Below the pieces are notes generated by a model. It saw nothing but the letters and a program-made list of their open reading frames with translations. It searched no databases and had not been told where the DNA came from. Positions 34,157 through 47,452 of a stretch of DNA of 64,000 nucleotides are shown here, piece after piece (positions within the stretch are counted from its first letter, which is position 1; every line of letters begins with the position of its first letter). This stretch comes from Selaginella moellendorffii. Lineage: Eukaryota > Plantae > Lycopodiophyta. The stretch is from contig NW_003314337.1 in NCBI RefSeq assembly GCF_000143415.4, positions 386,061 to 450,060 of the forward strand, given 5' to 3'. Position numbers and translations under genes: made by a program.

Positions 34157-37100
34157 TAGATTCCAGATTTAATTTACTAACCATAATTGACCATTAAACA
34201 TCATTAGTGTTTTTAATACATCAATGGTGTTTTTAGCTCGTCCTTAGTAGTCTTCATAACACTCTTTCCTTGTGTTGAAGGCTTGCAACAACTCTCGAGA
34301 GCTTATGTGATGGTAAGCCAACTTGATTTAATTGATGGTGCCAAACAAGCTGGTCAAACTACAACCTTCACTAGTAATCAGTCTTTCGTGCAAGTTGTTA
34401 AATGCTTTATGTTGGTATACTATGGGTGATACAGAAGCTCCCAATTTAAACAAATGCAATAAGTTCTTGAACCATTGAGTGTGTCAAGCACAATAATCAC
34501 CCTTAAAGTTCAGATTACATATCCCTAGCTTAAGCGTCTAACACTTCAAATCAATCAACATATAGCATCATATTATTATTGTAAAAGAGCGATATAGATT
34601 AAATCAGAAAACCACACTATTATGCAAAACTCAGTAATTTTGTAAAACTTAGGATGAAACTATTATGCTAAGGATATAACAACAAAAATTCCAAAGCTCC
34701 ACTATTTAATAGCTATAACTTGATCATAGCAAACATTTCTCAAGGAGTAAAGGGATAATCATTTAAATAGTGTCAGAAAACAAAGACACACAAAATAATA
34801 TATTAGACTATAAAAGATTCTGGATGATGCATTGCAATGAGTTTAAATGAATATGGCTAACCATTTTTAGCCTTATAGTTAAAAATCTAGTACAAAATAA
34901 CCATGAAACAAAATAAATAGCTTAACAAAGTTAATGGGGATTTTAATTAGTGTTTTGTTTGTCTTATATTCAACCAATGTGTTAACAAAAACTACAAAGT
35001 GAATTTAATGAATTGTAAAAATATGGATTGATTGCTTATTATAAATCTTTATAAAATAAATGCTCCCTTAGTTTATAAAATATTTAAGCATTGTTATTCA
35101 ATATTTGGTGATGAAAGATTTCATCAGCCATTTTTCTCTAGCTTATAATGACTATTATATATAATTAGCTATGTAAGGGTATAGATAAATGACTATAAGA
35201 TCTGTGAGGTAGTGAAAGTAATTGTAAAAAACCATTAATTCATTAAATATTTAGTTGTTCTTGAATTTTCATAATTGTTTTTCTTTTAAGTTTAAGTCTC
35301 TCATCAAAAGATATTAAACACTTGGCAAGTACAATTACAACTATTTATAAGATTCCAATTGAAGATTATATGAAGCTAATTGGATATATAATAATAAGTT
35401 TTTTCTTGTATTTTATCATTTAATCCCTTTTCTTCCTAAGTATAATCACTTTGAAAAATCAAGGTCTATATAACCCATATGACAAATGGTTATTTAAAAT
35501 TTATCAAGACAAATTTAAAAAAAACAAATTAGAGTATATTGCTTGTTCTTATGAGGGAATTGAATTTTTAAGATTGTTAATTTATTACTTTTGGTAAGTA
35601 AAAACACTTTATTCTGTACATATTTAACTTTCTTTAAAATTCAAATAGAAAAGATGATTAATAGGCTCATATTCATGAGTAGTAGCAATAAAATTTTAAT
35701 AAAAAAACCAAAAGCTTTACAATGAAACAAAAATATAAAACTTATTATTTTTTTTAAGTACAAAAAAGTTAATAGTTATTTAGGAGAAAAGATTTAAGAA
35801 TTTTATTTAACAAAAGTGTTATACTATATAAATCTCAAGAATGTATAATATGAAATTGTACTAAAGTAATAGATTACTTTCAAGTAGCAATAATTAGTCA
35901 TTTTTAGAGAAAAATGTAATACTCTTTTTTTTTAGTTTCTAACTTTTGATGTTATTTTATAAATTTTAACGATATATAATTACTTTTAACTTTATCCAAA
36001 GATTTAAAAATTATAAAAGCTTTAGTGCTACCAACTAACATCACTATATTTTAACATTGTATTGTAAGTAATTGTGTCATTATATTTAATGAACTTTAAT
36101 TTTTCAAGCTTACTTTGGTGAAATACATGTTATATAATTGAAAAGGTAGCTAAGTTCTTTAAAATTAGGCAGTTAGTATTCACATTTTGAAAAAACATAG
36201 CTAATAACAACAAAATTTTTATAAAGCAATTATTTCAATGGAATTGTTAAATCAAATTAATAGATGAGCCACATCTTATTAAGGGTTAAAAATTAACTCA
36301 AGTCATCACTTGTGACATTTTAGCATTAATCCTTTCTCACTCTCGCAATCCTAAATGTGATAAAATATTTTAGAATTAAAATATTCCTAGGATTTACTCA
36401 ATACTTAATCTAAATTTAATCTCATCAAGTAAGATATAAACACTTTATAAAGTTTGGAGTAAAAGTTTTTCATTTAAGCACCTAATTAAATAAAATTTTC
36501 TAATCTAAACTATATAGAAAATATGTAATTTCATAAGTTCCTTCATATTGCATAGACAATAAAAAAATGATGGTGAAAGGTGTATATAAATTTTGGATAG
36601 TTTTACTTACATATTTTTGTAAAGTTAAAGTTGAAATAACTTTTTTATTTAATTGATCCCATATTAGTTCTTGGTTCTTATACTAGAATTTGCTTCAAAA
36701 TTACAAGAATATGTCAAAGTCTAATAGTTAATAAAAATTTTATTTATTTTTGAAAATTCCTTTTTGTTTGGTATTTAATTTTAATACTCCTATTTTTACA
36801 AGCCAATGTAAGGCTAGTGATATAAAAATTCTTATCAGCAAGAGCAATGCCATTAAGTCTTATGGGAATATTTCTTTTCTAAGATGAGTGGATTTTTAAA
36901 TTTAACTTCAGTAATTTTTTTCTTATTTAAAATGTTTAACTCTAATAGTTGTGTGTAGACATATTGATAAGTGACACCATATATAAAAGAGGTATGATTT
37001 TTGTTAACTACTACCTTCTTTATCTTGATATCACACTTGAATGTAAGTTGGCTATAGTCCTATTCATGAGCATTTCAATATAGTTTAAACTAAGTAACTT

Positions 37101-38220
37101 CACATAAGCCAATGCCAATATCCATACAATATATTAAGACATTAGTACTAAGCATAATCATAACTCAAAATTTCTTACCTATAATGTATGCCTCTCAAAA
37201 ATAGAAGTACTAGCATAATATAGATTAAAGCTTAGTTTATCAATATAGCCCATCAATAGTTTCATAACCTAAGCTAAACTATTCTTCCTTTTGTTTTGTT
37301 GCTTTCTTTTTTTTTTTTACCAATGACACAACATGACAAACTTTAAAGCAGTTGATAATGCACTATATATATGATGATTTTCCCTCTTTGTTTACATGGT
37401 ATATGTAGAGTATCTAGATCTACAAATCAAGGACATTTTCTCTTATATTCACTTTTGAAGTAAGAAATATAATAGAGAGAGAGATGTATGAACTAATATA
37501 ACCTAGTGAGGGGTACTATGCCCAAAAACATATAACAATGTTACAAAAGTAGTTTATTCTTGAGCTTTTCATCTACTTATAAGTGATTAAGTTTTCCATT
37601 CTACTTTAGTCATTTAACCATACCTTTAACCACTTGGAAGAGTCTCATTAACAACCTCCATAAGTATTATTCTCAACTTGGGAATATGCTAGCCCCATGA
37701 ATAACATCTATGCCACTTGGTCCAAGTGCTTTATGTGTTTGATCCCATGACAAACACCCCAAAGATACCACTAACATATTAACTTATTATATTGAAGCCA
37801 TGTCCATTTACTTTTATCTTATTGGTAGTTAAAGACCACTCCTACCATAATCGGCCATCCATTCATAAGTGGTCATCGTAAGACTATACCTTAACATCTT
37901 TAGGATGCTAAAGACATGAGGAACACCCTTCTTTAATATCCCTTCTTTGATATTCACCAAATCCCGCTCTATCCACAACTGTACTCACCAATATTGCCAT
38001 TGGGTCAAGGCTTGAAGGCTTGACCATTAAGTCCCATTAACTTTTAAGACTTCCTCACCATATAACTGTATTTTTAGTCATTACACAAAAGGATTATTCC
38101 TCTTTCTTTCCATAATTTGGGATTTTGGGGAATGCTAAGTATCCAAGTAAATAGTGCCACCCACACTTGAATTGGGAGTATCAACCATTCAATCTCTTGA
38201 AAGAGCTAAAGCTAGCTCTT

Positions 38221-39386
38221 TGTAAGGAACCGACTCCCTGAGATGTTGTAGGCTAAAGGATCCCCAAAAGCTTGACCGAAATGACAAAGAGTTCATCGGA
38301 TGGGACCAAGTCGAGGATCGAGTCCAAGACCGACTCTAGGGCCGAGTTCGAGATAGAGTCCGGAATCGAGTCCGAGACCGACTCGGGGACCGAGTTCGAG
38401 TCCGAGTTCGAGTCCGAGTTCGAGACCGAGTTCGAGACGGAGTCCGAGATCCGAAATCGGGTCCGAGACCGAGTCTGAGGTCGAGTCCAAGGTCGGGTTC
38501 GAGATCGGGTCCGAGATCGAGTCCGAGATCGAGTCCGAGACCGAATCCGAAATCAGATCTGAAATTGGGTCCGAGATCGAGCCAGAGACTAAGTCCAAAT
38601 ACTAATACGGGTCAAAGGGTGAAAGCCCAAAGCTCCCAGGGGGGGGGGGGGCTGCAGGGGGTTCCAAAAGTATAGTAGGGATAGTGAGGTCCAGGAACCA
38701 GTCTTGAATGAACTCTCCAGTGGTGCTTCCAAACTGACTTGAGGTTGAGACTGGGGCCGAGGGGCCTTGGGTGGGAGTGAGCATGGGCCTGAGTGGTGCC
38801 GGAGGGGCCACCCAGGGAAGTGCTCAAGAGCAGCTCCCACTCCCGAAAGGGAAACCGACTGCGGTGCTCCCGGCTCAGGTGGAATGGTGCCCCACTTGAG
38901 TACCTTGTGGCTCATTGGTCTTCGCCCTTCCTAGGGGCTTGGGCCTTCCCTTCGGGATGGAAGTGGGGGGGTAGAGGTACCCATACCGGGCCGTTAGGCC
39001 ACGGTGTTTCGCCCCGACGTCCCGAAGCAAGTGTTGCACCCAAGACTTGGGATTTAGAGGGTCCCATGATCAAGTCTTGTGGTACCAAGGGGTGTTAGGA
39101 ATCTGGAGGCTTGGTGTGCTTGGCTGTTTATGCCTGCGGGGAGTGTAGCCAAACCTTAAGTCCAGTCTAACCCGGGGAGGGGGATTGGGAGAGATTTGGG
39201 AATCCGTAGATGGATGGCTAACACTCCGTTGCTCATGTAGTAAGTAGCTGAAACCAAGTAGGACCAAGTAGGAGCTGGTACCATAGGCGGGAACCTTGGC
39301 GAGGGAACTTAGCACAAGCCAAGGCAGAGTTGGTCGGATAGACGAGGTAAGCTGGCAAATTGGAAAGGAAAAATTTGTGGCTTACA
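38221..39386. mobile_element. Young solo LTR (1166 bp)
   Basis: Termini TGTAAG...CTTACA with perfect 5-bp TSD CTCTT (38216-38220 and 39387-39391); GC- and CpG-rich against its flanks. Confidence 0.88.
38305..38590. repeat. 6/12-bp minisatellite (GAGTCCGAGATC-like) inside the solo LTR
   Basis: Degenerate tandem GAGTCC/GAGATC/GAGTTC/GAGACC hexamers. Confidence 0.85.
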
Positions 39387-39529
39387 CTCTTGAACACTTT
39401 ACAAAGTTACCCCACTTATCTATCTGTGTTTATTCTACCCTTAGACTTTTCAATGATTATATCATCACTTATTACGTAAGCTTTCTTAAGTTACACTAGC
39501 CTTTTTTGGCTAAATTGATTCCACTAGAG

Positions 39530-39869
39530 TCTAACCCCCACACTCTCCTTACTATACTTTTTGAACCCCCCATAGCCCTTTGCCCCCACCCCCAAGGGAT
39601 GATCACTTTGGGTTTTCACCCCACAACCTGCATTAGTATTTGGACTTAATCTTGGACTCAGACTCAAACTCAAACTTGGATTTAAACTCATACTCGATTT
39701 TGGACTCGGTCTTCCACCTTGAACTCCATCTCAAATCCATCTTGAACTCTATTTCAGATCCATCTCAAAGTCCATCTTAGACTCTATCTTAGATCCATCT
39801 TAAATTCCATCTCGGGAGCAATCTCAAACTCTTTCTCAGACTTGGTCTTGACACTTCCATGTCATAACA
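39530..39869. mobile_element. Older, decayed LTR of the same family in inverted orientation
   Basis: TTAGTATTTGGACTTAATC is the near reverse complement of GACTAAGTCCAAATACTAA (about 38587). The hexamer array is eroded by C-to-T/G-to-A changes; possible terminus ...TAACA at about 39869. Confidence 0.7.
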
Positions 39870-42625
39870 TTTGCTATATATCAGTCTTTTTTGTGTCCTT
39901 TTTTAGAGATTCATTCATTGATCGCTTTATACTTGTTCTTTAAGCACTTTGTTGAGAGTTCCACTCCCGCTTTCAACTTTTCAAGTTAAAACTTTTAGTC
40001 CAAATGTGTTACATTCATTAGATTCTTGCTTTGACCACTACCATATGGCATGGGCTCCACTTTGGGGTTCAGGGATTTGTGTTCATACTACTTCTGAACA
40101 TTTCAATTTACTTACAACTTAATGATGAAGCAATATGTTGTTTCAAGTCAAATCATTTTGAAAAGCTTATGGTAACAAATTACAACCATATATCAATAAT
40201 ATGACAATGATGGTAGTATACTTTACTCATATAGCCTTCTATAGTCATGTTCTAGATGCTTCACTTAAATAGTTGAATCATATCCTCCAAACTCCCTTTA
40301 ACATCAAAAAAGTTTTACAAACTCCTATACTTGGCTACAAATAAGCCAATATCCTATGAGAAAATCTTCAATGAATCATACTCTATAATAGTGGCACAAA
40401 TACTCACACTATAATAGTATATACCAAAGCTCCTAAAAAGGCTAAAAAGTAAAGAATTAAAAATCTAACTATTGGAGCTTGCTACAGTTTGAAAAAATTG
40501 GTCAGAATCTACTATTATTGTAAATGCCTAGAAAATATATGATTAAACATAATTACACATGTTACAACAATGAACACAATGGCCATTTCTCCCAAGACAA
40601 AAGCCTCTAGTGGCCTTTAAGTAACCAACTAAAGTTTAAATAAACAAACTTACTCTATAAAAAAGCAACATCCTAGATTAAAGAGATGCCTAAATTAGGT
40701 AACTCTTGCAATAGAGGTAAGATACTCTCTACTTCTTATTAGATGGAGAAGTGGCTTATAAAAGTTTGGATGAGTAAATTGGCTTTGTGGAAGAACAAGC
40801 CTTCTAGACACACTACCACTTTGGCATATGTTAGTGATATATTTGGAGGTTAAAGTTAGTGGTAAAGACCTCAAAGTTGCTCTAAGAGCATGTTGAGCAT
40901 TATCACATGCCCCCACTAGTTGCAAACCACCATTTGTATAGAAAAAGAGGGCATTTACAACCATGTCTCTTGTTTTGCTCCTAATTAGGAGCAAAAATTG
41001 TGAAAAAACAAGTGGGAAATATCTTTTGGTCATCATAATAGTGCAACAGGCTCTTAATGCCCAAGTGAAGAAGGGGGGCTAGGCCTTAAAAGTTGTAACT
41101 CTCAAGACATGCCCCACAAAGGCATCTATTGTCACCATATAAATTGTAAAGATTTGTTTCCATCCTTCATATTGGCTTGTGGGATAGGCACTTGGCCTTC
41201 ATATCAAGAGTGACATTAAGATGCTCTCTAGGTGAATTTGGCATCACTGGCTGGTAAATTGGTATTGCATTTGTTACTCTCAGGTGAGGCACTTGATAGA
41301 CTATGATTTCTTAGAGTAGCACAACACCTCATCATTGTATATTCACCACCTTTTAATTACCTAAGCACTCTTCATTAAAGCATCCTCACAAATTGAGGTG
41401 GCGCTAGCACATATTTACATTGATAGTGGCTATAAAGAAGGTTCTTCAGCCAGCAACCTAAATGATGTGCAAAAGCCATAAAAAAACTCTTTATTGGCAT
41501 GGGAAGAAGGTGGAGGCATGGCATTATGACTTCAATATAACCTTCTACTCAATCCAATTTTCCCTACCACAATTTCCTCATTGGGCAAATATAGTGATTG
41601 TGAAGATTCTAACCCAATAGTAAAGAATGAGGGTGTTTGGACCCTAGAAACAAGATAGGGGGCATTTAGCAGTGGCATATTAGCACTAAAGAAGTGGCAT
41701 GAGAGGCTAAAGTGTTAGTTGAGACATGACAATGTAACAAACTAGAGATAAGTTTGCTAAAGTGTATAAAGCCACTATAGACAGAGTTAAATATTGTTAT
41801 AGCTCCCTCCAATCTTGAAAAGAAGAATTTCTTGTCTAATTTACTTAAGAAGTAATAACCTAGTAAAAGGAATTAAATGATTATTGTTTGTCCGCTATAC
41901 TCACCCTCTCTTTAGAGATGTTAATGTCTTCATTAACCATTTATTAACAGTTCGTAGTCCCACAGTAGATCCCTTTATCCATATATGCTCAATGTGTATG
42001 ATTTCAATTTTAGGGGTGGGAATATACTTTACTTAAAACTAATAAATAAGAATCAAACTTGTGTGATACTTATACAAAATAATTTATTTCTCTTTTAGAA
42101 AAAAGGTAATTGTTTGGTAAAACAACCTTTAGTGCGTATTTTATCTTTATATATCCCCCAAAGTTTCAAATATCTATAGTCTAAATCTTATCCTATGATT
42201 ATATATATTACAAGAACATTGGTGATGAGAAAAGTATATTAGACATCAATATGACAATCAATCACATTAACAGTGTCTCTATCAAATTTCATGATCACCA
42301 ATATACTATCTACAATTAATATCCTTTTAAATTTCATGATGCCAATATACTACCTACAGATGGACAATATGATAGCATAAGAAAGTAGTAATGATAGGGT
42401 GGCTTAAATATTTTGTGTTTAGCTCCCAATGTAGTGTTTGTCAATGGAATACTATTTCTTATCATGAAATCATAGTAATTGTGTGTTTTTAATTTTTTTT
42501 TAACCATGGCATTCCAAGTGATAACATCCCGCATGGTTAATTTTAAAGGCAGAATGATGTTCAAGGCAATGTGCTTCAGTTGAAGACTGAATGCTTGATA
42601 TAATATTTGAACTCATGAGATTTTT

Positions 42626-42983
42626 TTCACAGGTTGATCTCCTGCTTGGAAAAACGTAGTCTGTGTGGAATTGTCCGATGGATGCATGACCATTTATGAT
42701 GCTTTGATAAAAAGTCGTCTGGATGATACTTGGTCAAGGTTTGTAAGTCCCTATTGAGGTGTATTTTTCTTACACCAAATACATCGATCTTATGCTGGCA
42801 TAATAATAATAATATTTATCAGGGAGTTCTATTGGAGGAGCACGGTCAAGCTAGTGATGCTGAAAGAACGTTTATCCAAGGAATAGGTCTTCTATCTAGT
42901 TGTTTTCACGCTGCCTTTTATTTTAGGCACGCTACTCTCCTGCAAAGCCTAAGCATCTCGTGGAAAAGTTCACGAAACAGTAA
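42626..42983 (+). pseudogene. Decayed 3' fragment of the TPR gene (last three exons)
   Basis: Homologous to 33471-33820, with a premature stop, deletions and a lost splice donor. Confidence 0.88.
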
Positions 42984-42999
42984 AAGCGCTCGAGCAATT

Positions 43000-44604
43000 C
43001 TATACAGAGACAACGTTGGCCAGCAGTACGCAAGAAGATGGATCTTCGGGACTCGCCACAAGAGCTTGCATTGCAGCCTGTGCTCCACTTTGAGTATCTT
43101 CTTGGCGTTTACACGCACCAAGAAGACATCTCCAGTCGACAACGTCCGGGGTGAAAGGCATACCAGACAAAATCTCCTCGGCTTCTCGCAAGTATCCAGC
43201 CCTGCTCAACAGGTCAGTGATGGAGCAGTATAGCTGCTTGGTGAGCCGGACACTATGATCGAGGATGAGGGACCGGACTTTTGACCAGCCATCGTGGAGA
43301 TCTCCCTTGTGGCTGCAACCGAGAATGATGCAAGCGAAGGACGCTTCGTCGGCTGGAATTCCTTCGAGTTCCATCTCGTGAAGATGCTCCAGCGCCGCAT
43401 CGAAGTGACCATTTCGAGCCAACGAAGCTAAAATCGCGTTCCACGGCGGAGCTTCGTACTTTTGTGGTATCACTTCTAACAAATCCTTGGCTTTCCATAG
43501 ATGGCCATGGTGAGCATAAGCATTGAGCAAAGCAGTCCAGGAGATATCATCTCTCTCCGGGAAAGAATCAAACGTGTTCTTGGCTTGCTGAAGATCGCCA
43601 TGTTGAGCGTAAGCGTCCAACAACGTGTTAAAAGCCACGAGATTCCACTCGGGCATAACATCAAACACCGCCTTCGCGTCTTCCAGGAGACCCTTTTGCG
43701 AGAAAGCGTCGAGCATACAAGCCCACGAAACGATGCTCCACTCTGGAGACCTGTGAAAAAGCTCGCTGGCTTTCTCAATATGCCCATTCAAGGTATAAGC
43801 CGAGAGCATACAGCTCCACGAGACAATGTCCCTCTCTGGCATATCATCGAACGTTTTCTTAGCGGCTTCTAGATGCCCTTGAACGGCATATGCTGATAAG
43901 AGCGCGTTCCATGACACGGAATCTCTCTCAGGCATGGTTTGGAAGATTTCTAACGCCCGACCGAGCGATCTCTCCCGTGCATACGCAGCGACCATGGCAT
44001 TCCAAGCGATAACGTCCCGCTCGGGCATTTGGTTGAATACCTTTTCCGCCTTGAAAAGATACCCAAGCCGGGCATATGCTGTTATCATTGCAGTCCAAAC
44101 TACCAGATTCCTCTCTGGCATTGCTTCGTAGAGTTGCTCTGCATCGGCAATTCTCTCATCCGCAAGAAAAGCGCAGATCATTGCTGTGTAAGCGACAACA
44201 TCACGCTCGCTCATCGAATCAAAGAGCTTCTTAGCTCGGTCTAGATGCCCGAATTGGGTATAGGCAGTAAGCATGGCAGTCCACGACACCAGATTCCACC
44301 ACGGCATTGCCTCAAAGATCTGCCTCGCCGCCGAGACCTCGCCATTTTGGGCGTGTGCCGAGAGCATCATCGCCCAAGAGAAGGTGTTCTTGGAGCAAAT
44401 GCCGCGGAAGACGCGCCTGGCCTGGGCCGTGGCGCCGCATTTCCCAAACATCTCGATGAGGAGATTGGAGAGGAAGCGGCGATCGCTGCTCAGGAATGGG
44501 CTGGCGAGGATCCGGGCGTGCGCTCGCTCGGCGTCGGCAAGATTCCGGCAGGATTTGATGAGGGCGACGCAGCCGGCGAGGCTGGATTCGTCAGGGACTG
44601 CCAT
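43000..44604 (-). CDS. PLS-class PPR protein with regular ~31-aa repeats and truncated E domain, no DYW; intronless
   Basis: About 10 repeats of the form 'F..MPERD.VSWNA.L.AYA..G', followed by LYCSITDLLSRAGYLREAEEILSGMPFTPDVVDWRCLLGACK. First ATG at 44604. Confidence 0.92.
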   Translation of the reverse strand: MAVPDESSLAGCVALIKSCRNLADAERAHARILASPFLSSDRRFLSNLLIEMFGKCGATAQARRVFRGICSKNTFSWAMMLSAHAQNGEVSAARQIFEAMPWWNLVSWTAMLTAYTQFGHLDRAKKLFDSMSERDVVAYTAMICAFLADERIADAEQLYEAMPERNLVVWTAMITAYARLGYLFKAEKVFNQMPERDVIAWNAMVAAYARERSLGRALEIFQTMPERDSVSWNALLSAYAVQGHLEAAKKTFDDMPERDIVSWSCMLSAYTLNGHIEKASELFHRSPEWSIVSWACMLDAFSQKGLLEDAKAVFDVMPEWNLVAFNTLLDAYAQHGDLQQAKNTFDSFPERDDISWTALLNAYAHHGHLWKAKDLLEVIPQKYEAPPWNAILASLARNGHFDAALEHLHEMELEGIPADEASFACIILGCSHKGDLHDGWSKVRSLILDHSVRLTKQLYCSITDLLSRAGYLREAEEILSGMPFTPDVVDWRCLLGACKRQEDTQSGAQAAMQALVASPEDPSSCVLLANVVSV

Positions 44605-45347
44605 GCTAGCTGCATAGATCCAAGGCACGCATCGTTCCTACTAGAACCCTAGATTTTGGTTTTAGAAACACAAAGCAAAGATTGACAGCTGGTCGACCCT
44701 CTTTGGCTACCGTTCTGACGTATGGAGTCCTGGCTAAGTGTCTTCACAGTTTGTCACAACATAAGGTTCTTTGCCTTCTACCTTTTAGTATAAATGAGGT
44801 TTGTCTATTCTACTGACACAGAAAGTGACTGTGTGATACTGTGTGACACTGGGATGTCTTTGCAGGCAGTTCTCTCCATTTCTCACGATGCCCTTGCTCT
44901 GGCTCTGGACAAATTCGATCTTTTAACGCAGGTTTGTTTTTGTTGAAACTAGTTCTTGCATCTAACTTGTCTCTTGGTTTGCAGAAACCAAAGCAGTCCC
45001 TAATTCTGTACAACTTGTTGGATCTATTGCAGTCGCCCTCTTCCCAAGCAGCTACAATTCATACTGGTATATATCTCTTTTCGCAAAGAAACTCTTTTTC
45101 CTGCCAATCAACTCAAGTGAGATCTCGCTTTCGTAAGACATGATCCTTTTGCTTCCTCCTTCCAGTGAAGAGATCACCAGGCAAGCTTTCCTTTTCATCA
45201 ATTCCTCGTCAGATTTCTAGAAACGGTGCTAGTTATTCCAGTTTCGTGGTCCCCACAAGGGATCCAACTGCAACTCTCGATGTTTTCCTGGAACGTTGGT
45301 TATTTATTTTCTGCAGAAGCTTAAACGACTGGAGAACTTACGAGTCT

Positions 45348-47370
45348 TCACGCGCTAGCTCCCACTGGTTGTCGCCGGATACGCTTCTGGTTCCTTTTGC
45401 GAATCTTGGGCAAGGAAAGCATCCACTCGGGCACATCACAGCCAGAAGCTTTCATGACGTTGGCGATAGACCGCAGCAATGGAACGTCTTCCTCGGCATA
45501 CAGTGTCAAAGCATTTCCTGGCCGGCCAGCTCGACCACTGCGTCCTGCAATACAAAAGCTGGTTTTATGAAGTGAACTTGAAAAGTGGAAACTTTTGGTT
45601 TTATAGTTACCTATGCGATGAATGTACACTGTTGTATCCTGGGGAACATCGTAGTTTATGACCCAGTTCACGCCCTTGAAATCCATTCCTCGTGCCATTA
45701 GATCTGTTGCTATGAGAATCCATGTCTTGCCAGTTCGAAAGTTAAGAACAGCAATCTCACGCTAAAAAAAAAAACGTTACTTCCAAAAGAAAGAAGAGAA
45801 GAAGACAATAACTAAACCTGTGTTTGCGTGCGATCCGCATGAATACTGTCCACTCTAAGCTTCTCTGACAACAAAGCTTTATGAAGCTGTTTTGCCCGTT
45901 CCTTGCATTGCACGAAGAGTATGATCGGTGGTGAAAGCCCCTATGTAAACAGGGATGTATAAAAGAGCAAAAGGGAGAACTTCGTCACAGAAATTACCTC
46001 CTTGAAGAATTGTTTCAAGGCTAACAATTTGCCTTCCTCGTTACCAGCATACATGAGCTTCTGCTGGACTGTCTCAGAAGCTGAATTCCTGCATCGCTTA
46101 CTGTTAAACCCCCTGACATTTGAAGTAAACTAGGTGGTTTTCCAAATGTCACCTATCTCCGATCACGATACGAATGGCATCGTGCATAATGGTTCTTGCA
46201 AGTTCCTCCACTGTCTCAGGCAGTGTTGCACTGAATAATGCTCTCACAATGTTTGTCCGGGTGCAGGCGCTCACGATAGAATCGATTTGCTGCATAAATC
46301 CAAGCTCAAAAAGCTTGTCGGATTCATCCAGGATAAAATACTCGACACTGGGGGAAACAAGTAAACACCATTTAAACTAAAAGAGAAACGCATACCGTTT
46401 TAAATCGATTTTTTCCGACTTGACAAGCTTATCCAGGCGTAGAGGCGTTGATACTAGAATATCACAGCGAAGGCTAGCAAAATCCGGGTTCTTAAAAAGC
46501 CTTTTTGTCAGCAATCTCGCACGGATCTTACTGCCATTTGCTAGCCTCCTACATTCCGTGATAAGCTGTGCCGCCAACTCACGTGTAGGACACAGGATCA
46601 CTGCTCTGATACCATCTGGGCTCGACTTCTACAAAGTGAACAAGATTTAGCACTTCATCTAGTATCAAGTAAGAACCTGGTACCTTCAGTTTCATTAAGA
46701 TCGGCAGAATGAATGCCAAAGATTTGCCAGAACCAGTGGGAGCACAGACAAAACATTCGCGTTCCTAAAAAGAGAAAACCTTGTAAACAGGATAGAAATA
46801 ATCAGATTTGTTTTCGTACCTGAAGGAGAACCGGAATAACTTGCCTTTGCACTGGTGTTGGCTCCTTGTAGCCGGCTTCCACCAAGTTTTTTATCAAATT
46901 TGGCTCACAGTCGTATCTACAATTCATAAGAAATCCAAATTCTAACAGTCTGGATTGAAGGATACTCCGAGCTAAGCTGCTGGAAACTCCTGAGAGGCTG
47001 AGGAACATTATCACCGGCAGCACGAATCTTAAGTTTTTTCTTCAGCGACGGAATGTCCTGTAGCAATTCTCTATGAGTGAGATATGAGTGAGAGTGTTAG
47101 CGAAATGGATGAATGTATCACCTTTAGCTCTAGATCCTCTCCAGCATTCTCTAAAGAAAAGAAGTAAACAACATGTACTTTCATATTATAGAAACTAACC
47201 TCCATTTGCGTTTGAGAAGTCGGATTTTCTCTTCTTCTGTGGAACATTGTGATTTATTTACCGCCCCTACAGAAGGACTGGAAGAAGCTTACCTCGAATC
47301 GGGCGATGTCGGCTGAGAATCGCCTCTTGTCGATTCGCACTCCAGAGAAGAGCAGCGACTGAGGATCCAT
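45348..47370 (-). CDS. RH57: DEAD-box RNA helicase RH57/ROK1 (DDX52)-like; multi-exon
   Basis: GYKEPTPVQRQ (Q motif), APTGSGKS, CPTRELAAQ, ILDESDKLFELGF, LFSATLP, ATDLMARGMDF, YIHRIGRSGRAGR. N-terminus LFSGVRIDKRRFSADIARF. Confidence 0.9.
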
Positions 47371-47452
47371 CACAAACCCATAAACCCTAAAACTAAAACC
47401 CTAAAACGTATCTTTCATTTGAATTTCTCCAAGGAGGAGCGAGGGTTTTGTG
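47371..47452. promoter_or_regulatory. 82-nt bidirectional promoter region with a telo-box cluster
   Basis: AAACCCATAAACCCTAAAACTAAAACCCTAAAA lies between the divergent ATGs at 47370 and 47453. Confidence 0.7.

Larger units (their letters stand above)
34157..42625. mobile_element. AT-rich, CpG-depleted block of decayed transposon-like sequence
   Basis: No long ORFs, sharp compositional boundaries, CG dinucleotides visibly rare. Contains LTR remnants and a possible LINE-like CPSEEGGLGLK at about 41058-41090. Confidence 0.55.

Noticed and set aside
38272-38598. ESETEF-rich and SDSISD-rich ORFs
   Set aside because: They are translations of the LTR hexamer minisatellite.
21426-43975. Flanking duplicates as simple haplotype mis-assembly
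   Set aside because: Disfavoured rather than excluded: the lesions are reciprocal and gene-specific, divergence differs between cases, and there are no N gaps at the junctions.
44650-45340. Possible extra gene between RH57 and the PPR
   Set aside because: Only short ORFs without motifs; more likely 3' UTR and promoter.
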